IMG/VR virus record: IMGVR_UViG_3300027792_000307
Coordinates: 64,866 to 128,865 of that record
From: a virus
Lineage: Duplodnaviria > Heunggongvirae > Uroviricota > Caudoviricetes
Direction: 5' to 3' (one strand)
Length of the DNA stretch: 64,000 nucleotides
Position numbers and translations under genes: made by a program. Every line of letters begins with the position of its first letter. The first letter of the stretch is position 1. This document shows positions 1 to 9,658 of this stretch, piece after piece. The notes under the pieces were generated by a model. The model worked only from the letters and a program-made list of their open reading frames with translations. It ran no database searches and was not told the origin of the DNA.

Positions 1-10
1 AAGCGGAATA

Positions 11-703
11 ATGGTTAATCTAACAAAAGAAGATGAGGATAATATTAGGAGTCGTCTATATAAACTTGGTTATCTTGGTGAGGAAGTAGTATTAGATAAA
101 GATACTAACTTCATAGTTTCCGGTTTAGAGCGTTCAGGAACCTCTCTCATGATGCAAATGCTTCAGGCTGCAGGAGTTCCTATTGTGTATGATTCAATGA
201 GATCACCCGATTCTAATAATCCCAAGGGATATTATGAGTTATTTGGTGGAACAATAATTAATAAACTAATGAATAACGAAGAGAATTTATCTAAATATAA
301 AGGTAAATTTATTAAAATAACCTCTTATGGATTGAAATATCTTCCAAAAGAAAGTGTGTATCTTCCTGGAAACGGTCCAGGTAATATCGATAAGAAAAAA
401 TATAAAATCGTCTATATGCAAAGGAATCTTGATGAAATTATTGAATCGATGGAAAAAATGATGAAAGTTAATGAATCCAACAAAAAAGAAACACGGGAAC
501 TTCTTAAGAGATTAGAGGACTATATAACCGACTTTATCGAAGAAGATAATAATATATCTCCATTATACGTAAATTACAACAAGTTATTTAATGACCCCTA
601 CCCGGAGTTAGTTAGGATATGTAAATTCCTCGGAATTCCAGAAACAAAGACCAAAAAAATGATGTTTGTAATAGACCCGACGTTATATAGAGAAAGAAGG
701 TGA
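11..703 (+). CDS. Sulfotransferase family protein (PAPS-dependent)
   Basis: 5'-PSB motif FIVSGLERSGTS and 3'-PB-like KIVYMQRNLDEIIESM. The ATG overlaps a TAA at 9-11, so the start is probably real. Confidence 0.85.
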   Translation: MVNLTKEDEDNIRSRLYKLGYLGEEVVLDKDTNFIVSGLERSGTSLMMQMLQAAGVPIVYDSMRSPDSNNPKGYYELFGGTIINKLMNNEENLSKYKGKFIKITSYGLKYLPKESVYLPGNGPGNIDKKKYKIVYMQRNLDEIIESMEKMMKVNESNKKETRELLKRLEDYITDFIEEDNNISPLYVNYNKLFNDPYPELVRICKFLGIPETKTKKMMFVIDPTLYRERR

Positions 704-855
704 GTATGTTATATCTTATTAAATTCTATCAGGACAATAAACTTATGAAGGAATTACAGATGGAAAATGATAGAATGGAAACGGCTGTCCAAGAAGCTAT
801 AGAGAGCCAGAAGGGATATATATATTGGAATAGGATTAAAGTGGAGACAGTATAA
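700..855 (+). CDS. Small hypothetical protein, 51 aa (not in ORF track)
   Basis: GTG overlaps the upstream TGA and its TAA overlaps the next ATG. Translates MSMLYLIKFYQDNKLMKELQ...RIKVETV and fills the gap exactly. Confidence 0.65.
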   Translation: MSMLYLIKFYQDNKLMKELQMENDRMETAVQEAIESQKGYIYWNRIKVETV

Positions 856-1562
856 TGGTGGACGCAATAATTTTATGTGCTGGGATTGGTAAGCGTCTTA
901 AACCTTATACAGAAGATAAACCAAAGGCAATGGTTGAAATAAAGGGTAAACCAATAATCTCCTGGTTATATGATAGTTTAAGTAAAGTTCCGGGTATAGA
1001 TTACATATATATAGTAAGTGGATATAGATTTAATGTTTTGGAACCTTATGTAAAGACATATCTCGACCAGAATATTAGATTTAAACGCCAATCTCCTGTA
1101 AATGGAACTGCCAACGCTATAGCTCTATTAGAGAATATGATATCGAAGGAGTTTATTGTTTTATCTGGGGATACTATATATAAACCAGAGGATATTAAGA
1201 AGTTAGTTAATCAGAATAATTCCCTTTTATACACAGAAATGAGCAAGCGATTATTTGAATTCGGTACATTGGATTTAGGATTTCCTTCCAAAGAAGGGGA
1301 TGGATTTGATATCACTTATATAAATGAGAAGAGTTCTAGACCAACTTCTAATCTTGTAAATTGCGGGGCATATCATTTTGACCACAGAATATTCAAATAT
1401 ATAAAAGAAACGCAAGAAGATGTAAGATTTAAAGAAAAAATCATAACTAATAGCATAAATTTAATGATTGATGATGGAATTAAGTTCCGGGGTATATATA
1501 TGGATAAACTCCTGGAAGTTAGTTATCCAGAGGATATAAAAGAGGTGGAAAAGGAATTATGA
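855..1562 (+). CDS. Sugar-1-phosphate nucleotidyltransferase (NTP_transferase family; HddC/GlmU/RmlA-like)
   Basis: AIILCAGIGKRLKPYTEDKPK motif, LSGD, LVNCGAYHF. Confidence 0.9.
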   Translation: MVDAIILCAGIGKRLKPYTEDKPKAMVEIKGKPIISWLYDSLSKVPGIDYIYIVSGYRFNVLEPYVKTYLDQNIRFKRQSPVNGTANAIALLENMISKEFIVLSGDTIYKPEDIKKLVNQNNSLLYTEMSKRLFEFGTLDLGFPSKEGDGFDITYINEKSSRPTSNLVNCGAYHFDHRIFKYIKETQEDVRFKEKIITNSINLMIDDGIKFRGIYMDKLLEVSYPEDIKEVEKEL

Positions 1563-1720
1563 TGGAATTACCTAAAAAAGTTTTATTTGATAAAATTATA
1601 AATGATAGTTATCTCTTTATGGCTGTTATTGACTATATGAGAAGTAGAAATATGAAAACATTTGATGAATTTTATGAAGAATCTTTAGAATTTGCTAAGA
1701 CTGGAAATCTAAGGAAATGA
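1559..1720 (+). CDS. Small hypothetical protein, 53 aa (not in ORF track)
   Basis: ATGA overlaps at both ends; MMELPKKVLFDKIINDSYLF...KTGNLRK. Confidence 0.65.
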   Translation: MMELPKKVLFDKIINDSYLFMAVIDYMRSRNMKTFDEFYEESLEFAKTGNLRK

Positions 1721-2655
1721 AGAAAATCGTAATAACTGGTGGAAATGGGTTCATAGGAAGTTCATTACTTCAATATCTATATAAGAAAGAATACGATTTA
1801 ATATACGATTTTGTTCTTATAGATAGGAAATTAAATCCCTATGGGGACAAGTATAGTAAGAATACAAAACTTTATCAATTGGATATAAATACCTGGTTGC
1901 CGGATTTAGATGATGTAGAGATTGTAATCCACCTGGCAGCTCTTCCAAGTGTAAGAGAAAGCGACAAGAGATTTAAGTCTGTTATGGATGATAATATCTA
2001 CGCATCCCATAATATAATCAAAAAATGTATCGAGCAATGGAAACCAAAGAAATTACTATTGGCGTCTTCCTCTTCAGTTTATGATGGTAGAGTGAATAAA
2101 CCAATGAATGAGGAATCTCCTGTAAGGTTATTATCTCCTTACGCTCATACGAAGTTAGTTATGGAACAAATGATACAGATGTATCAAAATAATGGTCTAC
2201 TAAAAGATATTCAAGTTGGATTAATGAGGATTTTCACAGTCTATGGACCAAGGCAACGAGATGAATTAGCAATCCAGGCAATTATAGATTGTTATCTACA
2301 GAACAAGGAATTTACTTTATATGGAGATGGAACTCAAAGAAGGGATTTTACCTATATAACAGATACTTGTTCCGCTATAGAATGTCTTATGAATAGTTCA
2401 AGATTAAATGGAATCTATAATATTGGGACTGGGGAGAATCATTCAATCAACGAGATTATATTCTTTATAGGACAGACATTAAAGAAAAATTTAACTATAA
2501 AGAATGAGGAACCAACTATCTACGATACTATGTATACTCTTGCAAATAACAAGAAATTACGTAAGTTAACTGGATGGCGTAAAGAGATGGATTTCTATCA
2601 AGGAGTTTTAAAACAAATAGAATGGCAAAAAAAGCAACTTACATCGCAGAATTAA
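1717..2655 (+). CDS. NAD-dependent nucleotide-sugar epimerase/dehydratase (extended SDR, UDP-glucuronate 4-epimerase-like)
   Basis: ITGGNGFIG, ASSSSVY, YAHTK (YxxxK), RIFTVYGP, GDGTQRRDFTYI. Confidence 0.9.
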   Translation: MKKIVITGGNGFIGSSLLQYLYKKEYDLIYDFVLIDRKLNPYGDKYSKNTKLYQLDINTWLPDLDDVEIVIHLAALPSVRESDKRFKSVMDDNIYASHNIIKKCIEQWKPKKLLLASSSSVYDGRVNKPMNEESPVRLLSPYAHTKLVMEQMIQMYQNNGLLKDIQVGLMRIFTVYGPRQRDELAIQAIIDCYLQNKEFTLYGDGTQRRDFTYITDTCSAIECLMNSSRLNGIYNIGTGENHSINEIIFFIGQTLKKNLTIKNEEPTIYDTMYTLANNKKLRKLTGWRKEMDFYQGVLKQIEWQKKQLTSQN

Positions 2656-3164
2656 AAAAAGCAATTAATCAAATAGATTTAAAAGTTTTAGAATCTATAT
2701 CAGATTATCTAATATTTTCTGTAGATAATAATATTTTTTTATGTGGGAATGGAGGCTCTTCAAGTACATGCCAACATATAGCAAATGATTTAGTAAAGAT
2801 GTGCAACTTAAACGCAATTTGTCTAACAGATAATACTGCTACATTGACAGCTTGTGCAAACGACATTTCTTATGAGGCGATTTTTGATAGACAACTTAAA
2901 GTTATGTCAGGTAAAGGAGATATTCTTATTGTTATATCTGGGAGTGGTAAGTCAAAGAATATCTTAAGTGCCATAGACTATGCTAATAAAAATAGTATGA
3001 ATATAATTGCTATAATTGGTATGGATGGAGGAGAAGTTATTAACAAAAGAGTTGATAAGTTAATTCATATTAAAACAGATATGCAACATTTCGAGGATTG
3101 TAGTTTAGTTGTTGGTCACATTATTACTATGAATATATATGGAAACCAAAAGAAAATCATTTAA
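2622..3164 (+). CDS. gmhA: Phosphoheptose isomerase (SIS domain)
   Basis: IFLCGNGGSSSTCQHIANDL, LTACANDISYEAIFDRQL, ISGSGKSKNI. Confidence 0.88.
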   Translation: MAKKATYIAELKKAINQIDLKVLESISDYLIFSVDNNIFLCGNGGSSSTCQHIANDLVKMCNLNAICLTDNTATLTACANDISYEAIFDRQLKVMSGKGDILIVISGSGKSKNILSAIDYANKNSMNIIAIIGMDGGEVINKRVDKLIHIKTDMQHFEDCSLVVGHIITMNIYGNQKKII

Positions 3165-3336
3165 AAAAGCAATTACTTGGACAATTATAGATAATATAGC
3201 TACGATAACTGTAGCTTATACATTTACACGGCAAATAGGTTTATCATTTGGAATCGCTATAATTTCTAATACTATAGAGATTTTATTGTATTTTATACAT
3301 GAAAGGGTATGGAATGAAAAAAATGGCAACATTTGA
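3139..3336 (+). CDS. Small membrane protein, DUF2061-like
   Basis: ETKRKSFKKAITW...two hydrophobic segments...YFIHERVW pattern. Confidence 0.75.
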   Translation: METKRKSFKKAITWTIIDNIATITVAYTFTRQIGLSFGIAIISNTIEILLYFIHERVWNEKNGNI

Positions 3337-4222
3337 TATTTCGGTGGCATTTGATAAGGCAGAATATTTAAATACTCAAATAAAATTATTTGCTGATACA
3401 ATGAAAGATAATATTCCAAGAGACACCATCTTACATATTGTTACTAATAGGGATGGAAATGACCCATATTTATTATATTTATTAGAAAAGATACCTAACC
3501 ACAAACTATATATAAAGGAACCTCCAGAAGGATTAATATCAAGATGTAAATATCTAATAAATGCTCTAAAGGTGGATTGTAAAAAAGATTATCTTATAAA
3601 AACAGATTTAGATGTAATTCCGTTAAAGAATATTAATACTCTATTAGAAAAAACTCTAAATTTTGATATTTTAATACAGATGGAAAATCGCAGGGTAATC
3701 CCAGACGATAATATAGAAGCTAGGGTTTGGAGACAGGTATATAAAGCTATGAGATTAAAAGTTCCAGATATTAAGATAAGTTATATAGAAAGAGTGGAAA
3801 TAGGAAAACCCTTATTTAATACTGGGATATTTATAATAAGAACCTCACTATTAAATCATTTTAATGAAGAGTGGGCAAGACTAACAAAAATAGCTGAAGG
3901 ATGGATAGATATGAATATTCATCCAAACGAATTCGCATTTACAGCAATGGTTTTTAATTATGGTTGTAAATATGAATTAATGTCTAGATACGATGTATTT
4001 AATCCAATAGGACATTTTAGAAAAGGAGACTTTCCGAATACGGAACTTACAGAAAAGTGCCAAATACCAGAAGAAGTTAAGTTATTACATTGGCATAAAC
4101 CAAAATGGTTAAGGCATCTACATAATTATAATAAATTTAAGATTTTAAATGGATTAGATTATTTGACAGACGAATTTTGGAATACTCCGGAAGAAGTATT
4201 TAAGGAAAACTATGGATTATAA
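3299..4222 (+). CDS. GT-A fold glycosyltransferase (GT8-like); true start probably 3314 or 3323
   Basis: IKTDLD (DxD), FNTGIFII and LLHWH motifs resemble GT8. Confidence 0.65.
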   Translation: MKGYGMKKMATFDISVAFDKAEYLNTQIKLFADTMKDNIPRDTILHIVTNRDGNDPYLLYLLEKIPNHKLYIKEPPEGLISRCKYLINALKVDCKKDYLIKTDLDVIPLKNINTLLEKTLNFDILIQMENRRVIPDDNIEARVWRQVYKAMRLKVPDIKISYIERVEIGKPLFNTGIFIIRTSLLNHFNEEWARLTKIAEGWIDMNIHPNEFAFTAMVFNYGCKYELMSRYDVFNPIGHFRKGDFPNTELTEKCQIPEEVKLLHWHKPKWLRHLHNYNKFKILNGLDYLTDEFWNTPEEVFKENYGL

Positions 4223-4859
4223 ATTCCTTGAGATAGCCGAACACCATGTTGTTCACGCAATTGGACACGAACAATTATTCAATAAAGATTCTATAATATT
4301 GGATTGTGGGGCCTGCGTTGGAAACTTTACACAGCCATTATGGGATAAGTTTCATTGTAACTTTTATCTATATGAACCAGATCCAAGGAACTTTAGGCAA
4401 TTGAGATATAGATTCTCTATATATCCAGAGATACAATTGAGAAGATTTGCTGTCTCTTATATAGGTGGAAATAGAAAACTTTATACAGGTAGATTCGAAA
4501 CTGCCAGTAGTTTATCCAGTTCTCATAGAGGATTGGATGGAAATACCACCGTAGTAGAATGTATTACATTAAATGACATACTTCAAGGATTTGAAATGAT
4601 AGATTTACTAAAATTAGATGTTGAGGGAGAAGAGATTTATATAATACCTACTTTAGACCCTTTAGAAATAAGAAAGGTTAGGCAGGTAGTTATAGAATTC
4701 CACCTACAGACTGAAATAGATGAATATGACGAAGAAAAAGTTAATATATGCAGAGAATGGATGAAAAAATACGGATTTATAGAAGTTAAATACGAACCCA
4801 ACATAGGAACCAATAAGGGGCAAGAGGCAACATACTTAAATGAAATTAAATTTGGATGA
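4212..4859 (+). CDS. FkbM-family methyltransferase
   Basis: ILDCGACVGNF, YEPDP, IDLLKLDVEGEE, QVVIEFH. Confidence 0.85.
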   Translation: MDYKFLEIAEHHVVHAIGHEQLFNKDSIILDCGACVGNFTQPLWDKFHCNFYLYEPDPRNFRQLRYRFSIYPEIQLRRFAVSYIGGNRKLYTGRFETASSLSSSHRGLDGNTTVVECITLNDILQGFEMIDLLKLDVEGEEIYIIPTLDPLEIRKVRQVVIEFHLQTEIDEYDEEKVNICREWMKKYGFIEVKYEPNIGTNKGQEATYLNEIKFG

Positions 4860-5532
4860 ATATAGGTATAATATTACAAGTGAACACGGGGAGAACGGAA
4901 TTTTATTAATTTTAAGTAGAATTCTAAAAGAAAAAAACAAAATTGGTGTGGAAATCGGAGCATCTGATGGAGTAACTAGTAATAATCTTAGACCATTTAT
5001 CTTCAGAGGATGGAATATTTATTATATAGAGGGAGACCCCTCCTTTTATAAGAAACTCTTAGATAATACTAAAGAATATATAAATGTTCACACAAAATTT
5101 TCTTATATATATAAGGCGGAAGATTTAAATAATATTTTAGAAGGATTTAACATACCAATAGATTTTGATATATTTTCATTAGATATAGATAACATAGATT
5201 ATTGGATATGGAAAGGATTAAAATACAAACCAAAAGTTGTTTGTATAGAATATAATTCTGATTTACCTGAAAATACAACTGTTATGAAAAGTTGTGTATC
5301 GCAAAGAAAAGATAAATCTGGTTTTTATGGAGCACATCCTTATTCTATATCAAAACTTGCAGACAGTAAAGGTTATGATTTAGTAAATATTACGGCTAGT
5401 AATATGATATTTATAAAATCCGAAATAAATGTATTTGAAAAATTAAATCCTATAGAACAGGTATATAGAAAGAGAAATAGAATAATTACAGAAGAAGAAA
5501 AAAAATTAATAACTGGAGACCTAGAATTATGA
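4840..5532 (+). CDS. FkbM-related SAM methyltransferase
   Basis: VEIGASDG, YIEGD, FDIFSLDIDNIDYWIW, PKVVCIEYN. Confidence 0.75.
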   Translation: MKLNLDEYRYNITSEHGENGILLILSRILKEKNKIGVEIGASDGVTSNNLRPFIFRGWNIYYIEGDPSFYKKLLDNTKEYINVHTKFSYIYKAEDLNNILEGFNIPIDFDIFSLDIDNIDYWIWKGLKYKPKVVCIEYNSDLPENTTVMKSCVSQRKDKSGFYGAHPYSISKLADSKGYDLVNITASNMIFIKSEINVFEKLNPIEQVYRKRNRIITEEEKKLITGDLEL

Positions 5533-6431
5533 ATATAGGAATATTTAATACCAGAGGTATAAACCAAACAGAGCATTTTATTCCTTTGGAACTAGAAGAA
5601 TTAAAGAGATTAGGGCACACTGTAGAAATATACTGGACAAAAGGTAGACATCCAACTAAAAAGGAAGCTGAATGTATGGATTTTGCTATATTTCATTTTG
5701 TTCCAACAGCTATGTTCTTTAGTAGGATAGGAGTTCCATTCTGTGTATTACCAACAGCAAATGATATATTTCCAAATGAGGGGGAAAACTTAATTTATAT
5801 ACAAAATCACCCAAACTGTAAATTTGTAGGGTATCAATCTTTCTACCACAAAAGGAAGTATGATGAGTGGGGGATTACAAAACCAATTGCTCATATTCCA
5901 CATTGTGTTAGAACTAAATTATTTAAGAGACAGACTCCATACAATCCTTCCGGGAAAATTATAGCTGGAGGTAGATTAATCCCTAAAAAGGGATTAGATA
6001 GACTCAAAGGAGTGGAAAATTTAACCATCTTTGGAGATGGCCCACTAATAGATAAACTTGGTCAGGAATTGGGGGCATCAACTAAATTTACTGGATATAT
6101 GGGAGCACAAAGTTTAAAAGAACTCTTTGAAGAGGCGAGTATCTATCTATTCCCAGCTATAGTTATGCCAGATGGGGATTCAGAAGGTATTTCAAATACA
6201 ATTAAGGAATCTATGCTTATGGAACTACAGGTTATCTGCACACCAATAGCAGGAAACACCGAATTTGAGAATATTGCCTTTTTATCTGATTGGTCTAAAG
6301 AATCCGTAGAAAGAGCTATAAATTCTGTCTCAAAAGAACCTAATACCAAGGGAAGGGCTGAAATACTAAAAACTTTCTCACCAGAGATATGTGTAAATAA
6401 ATTATTGAAAGCGATAGATGATTATAACTAG
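5529..6431 (+). CDS. GT4 (GT-B) glycosyltransferase, WcaL-like
   Basis: GRLIPKKG, DGDSEGISNTIKESM (Ex7E). Confidence 0.85.
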   Translation: MNIGIFNTRGINQTEHFIPLELEELKRLGHTVEIYWTKGRHPTKKEAECMDFAIFHFVPTAMFFSRIGVPFCVLPTANDIFPNEGENLIYIQNHPNCKFVGYQSFYHKRKYDEWGITKPIAHIPHCVRTKLFKRQTPYNPSGKIIAGGRLIPKKGLDRLKGVENLTIFGDGPLIDKLGQELGASTKFTGYMGAQSLKELFEEASIYLFPAIVMPDGDSEGISNTIKESMLMELQVICTPIAGNTEFENIAFLSDWSKESVERAINSVSKEPNTKGRAEILKTFSPEICVNKLLKAIDDYN

Positions 6432-7371
6432 AACTCCATTTAGAATATCTTTGGCAGGAGGAATGTCAGATATTCCATCTTATTATGAAACGGATTATGG
6501 GTGTGTTGTAAGTGCAACCATAGATAAATATATTTATATAACTGTAAATAAACATTTTATGCCTTATTATAGGATAAAGTATTCAAAGACAGAAAATGTT
6601 GATAAAGTGGAAGAAATAGAACACGCATTAGTTAGAGAGTGTCTTAAATTTTTACATATAAATGATTATTTAGAAATAACTGCAATTAACGATATACCTT
6701 CAAGAACTGGACTAGGGTCTTCTAGTGCATTTACGGTTGGATTATTGCACGCACTTCATATTTATAAAGGAGATAAATTCGATAAAAAACAATTAGCTGA
6801 AGAAGCTTGCAATATAGAGATAAATATACTAAAAAATCCTATAGGTAAACAAGATCAATACGCATCAGCTTATGGGGGGATAAATTATATTAAATTTACA
6901 AAAGATTGTGTAGATGTAAGTCCATTAAATTTATCAAAAGATGTTATAAAAGATTTAAATTTATTTTATATAGGTAGAAGAGAACAAAATCCAGGAATTC
7001 ATGAAAAAATATCTATGAGTATGGAAGATAATAGAAAATATATAGATAAAATAAGGGATGTGGCGGAAACATTAAGAGAAGATATAAATAATAATATAAT
7101 ACATGATACTCTTGGGATATGGTTGAATGCTGGGTGGAATTGGAAACAAAAAGTTAATGATAATATAACATCTGAAGAAATAAAATATTTATATAAAATG
7201 ATACTAGATAGTGGAGCTGAAGGAGCAAAATTACTAGGAGAAGGTGGCAATGGATTTTTTTTGATATATTTAAAAAACTCTACGATAGAGAAATTGAATG
7301 AGTTTGTAAGTGTAAGACATGTTCCATTCAATATAGACTTCGAGGGATCTAAAGTAATTTATGAAAAATAA
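6418..7371 (+). CDS. hddA: GHMP-family D-glycero-alpha-D-manno-heptose-7-phosphate kinase
   Basis: MIITRTPFRISLAGG, PSRTGLGSSSAF, GKQDQYASAYGG, GAKLLGEGGNGF. Confidence 0.85.
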   Translation: MIITRTPFRISLAGGMSDIPSYYETDYGCVVSATIDKYIYITVNKHFMPYYRIKYSKTENVDKVEEIEHALVRECLKFLHINDYLEITAINDIPSRTGLGSSSAFTVGLLHALHIYKGDKFDKKQLAEEACNIEINILKNPIGKQDQYASAYGGINYIKFTKDCVDVSPLNLSKDVIKDLNLFYIGRREQNPGIHEKISMSMEDNRKYIDKIRDVAETLREDINNNIIHDTLGIWLNAGWNWKQKVNDNITSEEIKYLYKMILDSGAEGAKLLGEGGNGFFLIYLKNSTIEKLNEFVSVRHVPFNIDFEGSKVIYEK

Positions 7372-7813
7372 AAAACTAGAAAAAAGGGCAAATATTACAA
7401 AAATAACAGATAAATTATATCTATCTGGCTCTATTTTGGATTATAATTTATTAAATGAACTTAAAATAGAGGCAGTTATAAATTTTAGGTTAGAACAACA
7501 TGATGATATATACGAATTAACTTTTAGAGGGATATCTTATTTCTGGATTCCAATATCAGATTACGGAGCACCAAGAATGGACCAAATGGAGGCCTGCAAT
7601 AGAGTAGTAGACAAATTTAATAAGGTTTTATTACATTGTGCTGTAGGTAGGGGAAGAAGTGCAACTCTAGTAGCAGCTTATCTATTATATAATAAAGATT
7701 TTGATAATGTTGATGATTGTATTTATTTCATTACTAAAAAAAGGAAGTCTGTATCTTTAACAGAAAATCAATACAAAAAACTATGTGCGTATTATAAAAA
7801 AATGAAGATATGA
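7361..7813 (+). CDS. Dual-specificity (CX5R) phosphatase
   Basis: VLLHCAVGRGRSAT, upstream IPISD general-acid loop. Confidence 0.88.
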   Translation: MKNKKLEKRANITKITDKLYLSGSILDYNLLNELKIEAVINFRLEQHDDIYELTFRGISYFWIPISDYGAPRMDQMEACNRVVDKFNKVLLHCAVGRGRSATLVAAYLLYNKDFDNVDDCIYFITKKRKSVSLTENQYKKLCAYYKKMKI

Positions 7814-8754
7814 CAATAAAAGGAATAATATTACACGGAATGGAATCTAATCAACCAAAAACTGTTTTTACACAAATAGAATCACTTAATTTAGAATTAT
7901 CTGGAAAAACAGATTTAGTTAATTATAATAACTATACATCTGAAGAATTATATAAATATCTCAAAACATTAGATATAGATATATTAATAGCTTATTATAA
8001 CGAATATCTTGAATATATGGTTCCATTATCAGAATTAGGAATACCTATAATAATGGCTTCTGAAGATACACAAAAAAGATTCGCAGATGGATTTTATAGA
8101 AAATTAGTGGAAATTCATAAACCTGACTGTATAATGATACAAAATAAGTGTTCTATACCAGCATTTAATAAGTATTTAGGAAAAGACTTTAAATATTTAT
8201 ATTTTCCATGGGGTGCAGACACGTCATTATTTAAGGATTATGGAGAAAAAAAGATATATGATATATCTATAAGTGGTAAATTTGCATCAAATATGTTTAG
8301 GAAGGAATTAGATGGTTTATTGAGTAGTAAAACAGATATTATATATAAAAGAATAAGAAATAACAATCCAGGAGTTTTATTACCATATGATGAATTTGCT
8401 AAAGAATTAAATAGAAGTAAAATATCTTTGGGTGGTTGCCTACAAAAAAACCCTTATTATGAAGGTATATATATAGGAAATTCATTTAAGAAAAATTTCG
8501 AGGTTCCTGCATCAAAAGCCTGTTTGATAAATACAAACTGGGGGGATAAAGAACTTATGGGATTCAAGGATGGAGAAAACTTTATAGAATTTAATAATAG
8601 AAGTTCGTTTTTAAAGAAACTTGAGTATTATTTGGAAGATGAAAACGAACTTAAAAGAGTTACAGATAATGGATATAAACATGTTATGGAAAACCATTCT
8701 ATAGATAAGGTTGTATCTAGATGTATAAACGATATAAGAAGTTTATATGAATAA
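7810..8754 (+). CDS. GT-B glycosyltransferase (CgeB/Glyco_trans_1_2-like)
   Basis: FPWGAD, YDISISG, LNRSKISL, KNFEVPASKACLI, FKDGENFIEF. Confidence 0.75.
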   Translation: MTIKGIILHGMESNQPKTVFTQIESLNLELSGKTDLVNYNNYTSEELYKYLKTLDIDILIAYYNEYLEYMVPLSELGIPIIMASEDTQKRFADGFYRKLVEIHKPDCIMIQNKCSIPAFNKYLGKDFKYLYFPWGADTSLFKDYGEKKIYDISISGKFASNMFRKELDGLLSSKTDIIYKRIRNNNPGVLLPYDEFAKELNRSKISLGGCLQKNPYYEGIYIGNSFKKNFEVPASKACLINTNWGDKELMGFKDGENFIEFNNRSSFLKKLEYYLEDENELKRVTDNGYKHVMENHSIDKVVSRCINDIRSLYE

Positions 8755-9658
8755 TTACATAACAGAGATGAAAGCTAAATATTCTTTATCAGATATTAAA
8801 AAATATAATAGAAAACACGATTTAAATGTTTTAGTTGTAGGAGAAACCATAATTGATGAATATTATTTCGGCCAATCCCTAGGTAAATCAGGTAAAGCTC
8901 CAATAGTGGCCTTTGAGAACAAAACGTTAGATGTGTATGAAGGTGGTGCCAAAGCCATAAGAAATCATTTAGAAGATTTCTGTAATGTAGATATTTTAAC
9001 AGGGGATTATGACGTAATAAAACGGAGATATATAGAGAATAAACAGAAATTATTTGAAACCTATACATATATTAAAAGTGACAGACCCAAAAAGAAAATT
9101 AATATAAAAGACTATGATTTAGTTATAGTAGCAGATTTTGGTAATAAATTCATAGATACTAATTTAAAAAACAAAATAGAAGCAGAAGCTAATTATATAT
9201 GTTTAAATACACAATTAAATGCAGGAAATATGGGTTTGAATACGATAAATAAATATAGTAAATGGAATTATATATGTATAGACCAGACAGAATTGAGATT
9301 GGCAACAAGTAATCAATATAATACCGTGGAAGAAATAATAATAGAAAAATTTAATGGAATTGAAAAAAGTGGAAGACTTGTATCTATAACTGAAAATAAA
9401 AAAGGTAGTGTATTATTTGATGGAATTAATATGATAAAATCCCCATCATTAATCAAAAAATCAAAAATTGTAGATACAACAGGAGCTGGTGATTCCTACT
9501 TTTCTATAACTTCTATTTTATCATATCTCAAGGCACCAAAAGAAATTATTGGTTTTTACGGAAACATTGCAGGAGCCATAGCATGTACTTATATGGGTAA
9601 TAAATACACTATTACAATAGAAAGAATGTTAAAATATATGGAAGATTTATTAAAATGA
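8747..9658 (+). CDS. PfkB-family sugar kinase, HldE/RfaE kinase-domain-like (stand-alone)
   Basis: VLVVGETIIDEY, VIKRRY, VIVADFG, VDTTGAGDS anion hole. Confidence 0.8.
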   Translation: MNNYITEMKAKYSLSDIKKYNRKHDLNVLVVGETIIDEYYFGQSLGKSGKAPIVAFENKTLDVYEGGAKAIRNHLEDFCNVDILTGDYDVIKRRYIENKQKLFETYTYIKSDRPKKKINIKDYDLVIVADFGNKFIDTNLKNKIEAEANYICLNTQLNAGNMGLNTINKYSKWNYICIDQTELRLATSNQYNTVEEIIIEKFNGIEKSGRLVSITENKKGSVLFDGINMIKSPSLIKKSKIVDTTGAGDSYFSITSILSYLKAPKEIIGFYGNIAGAIACTYMGNKYTITIERMLKYMEDLLK

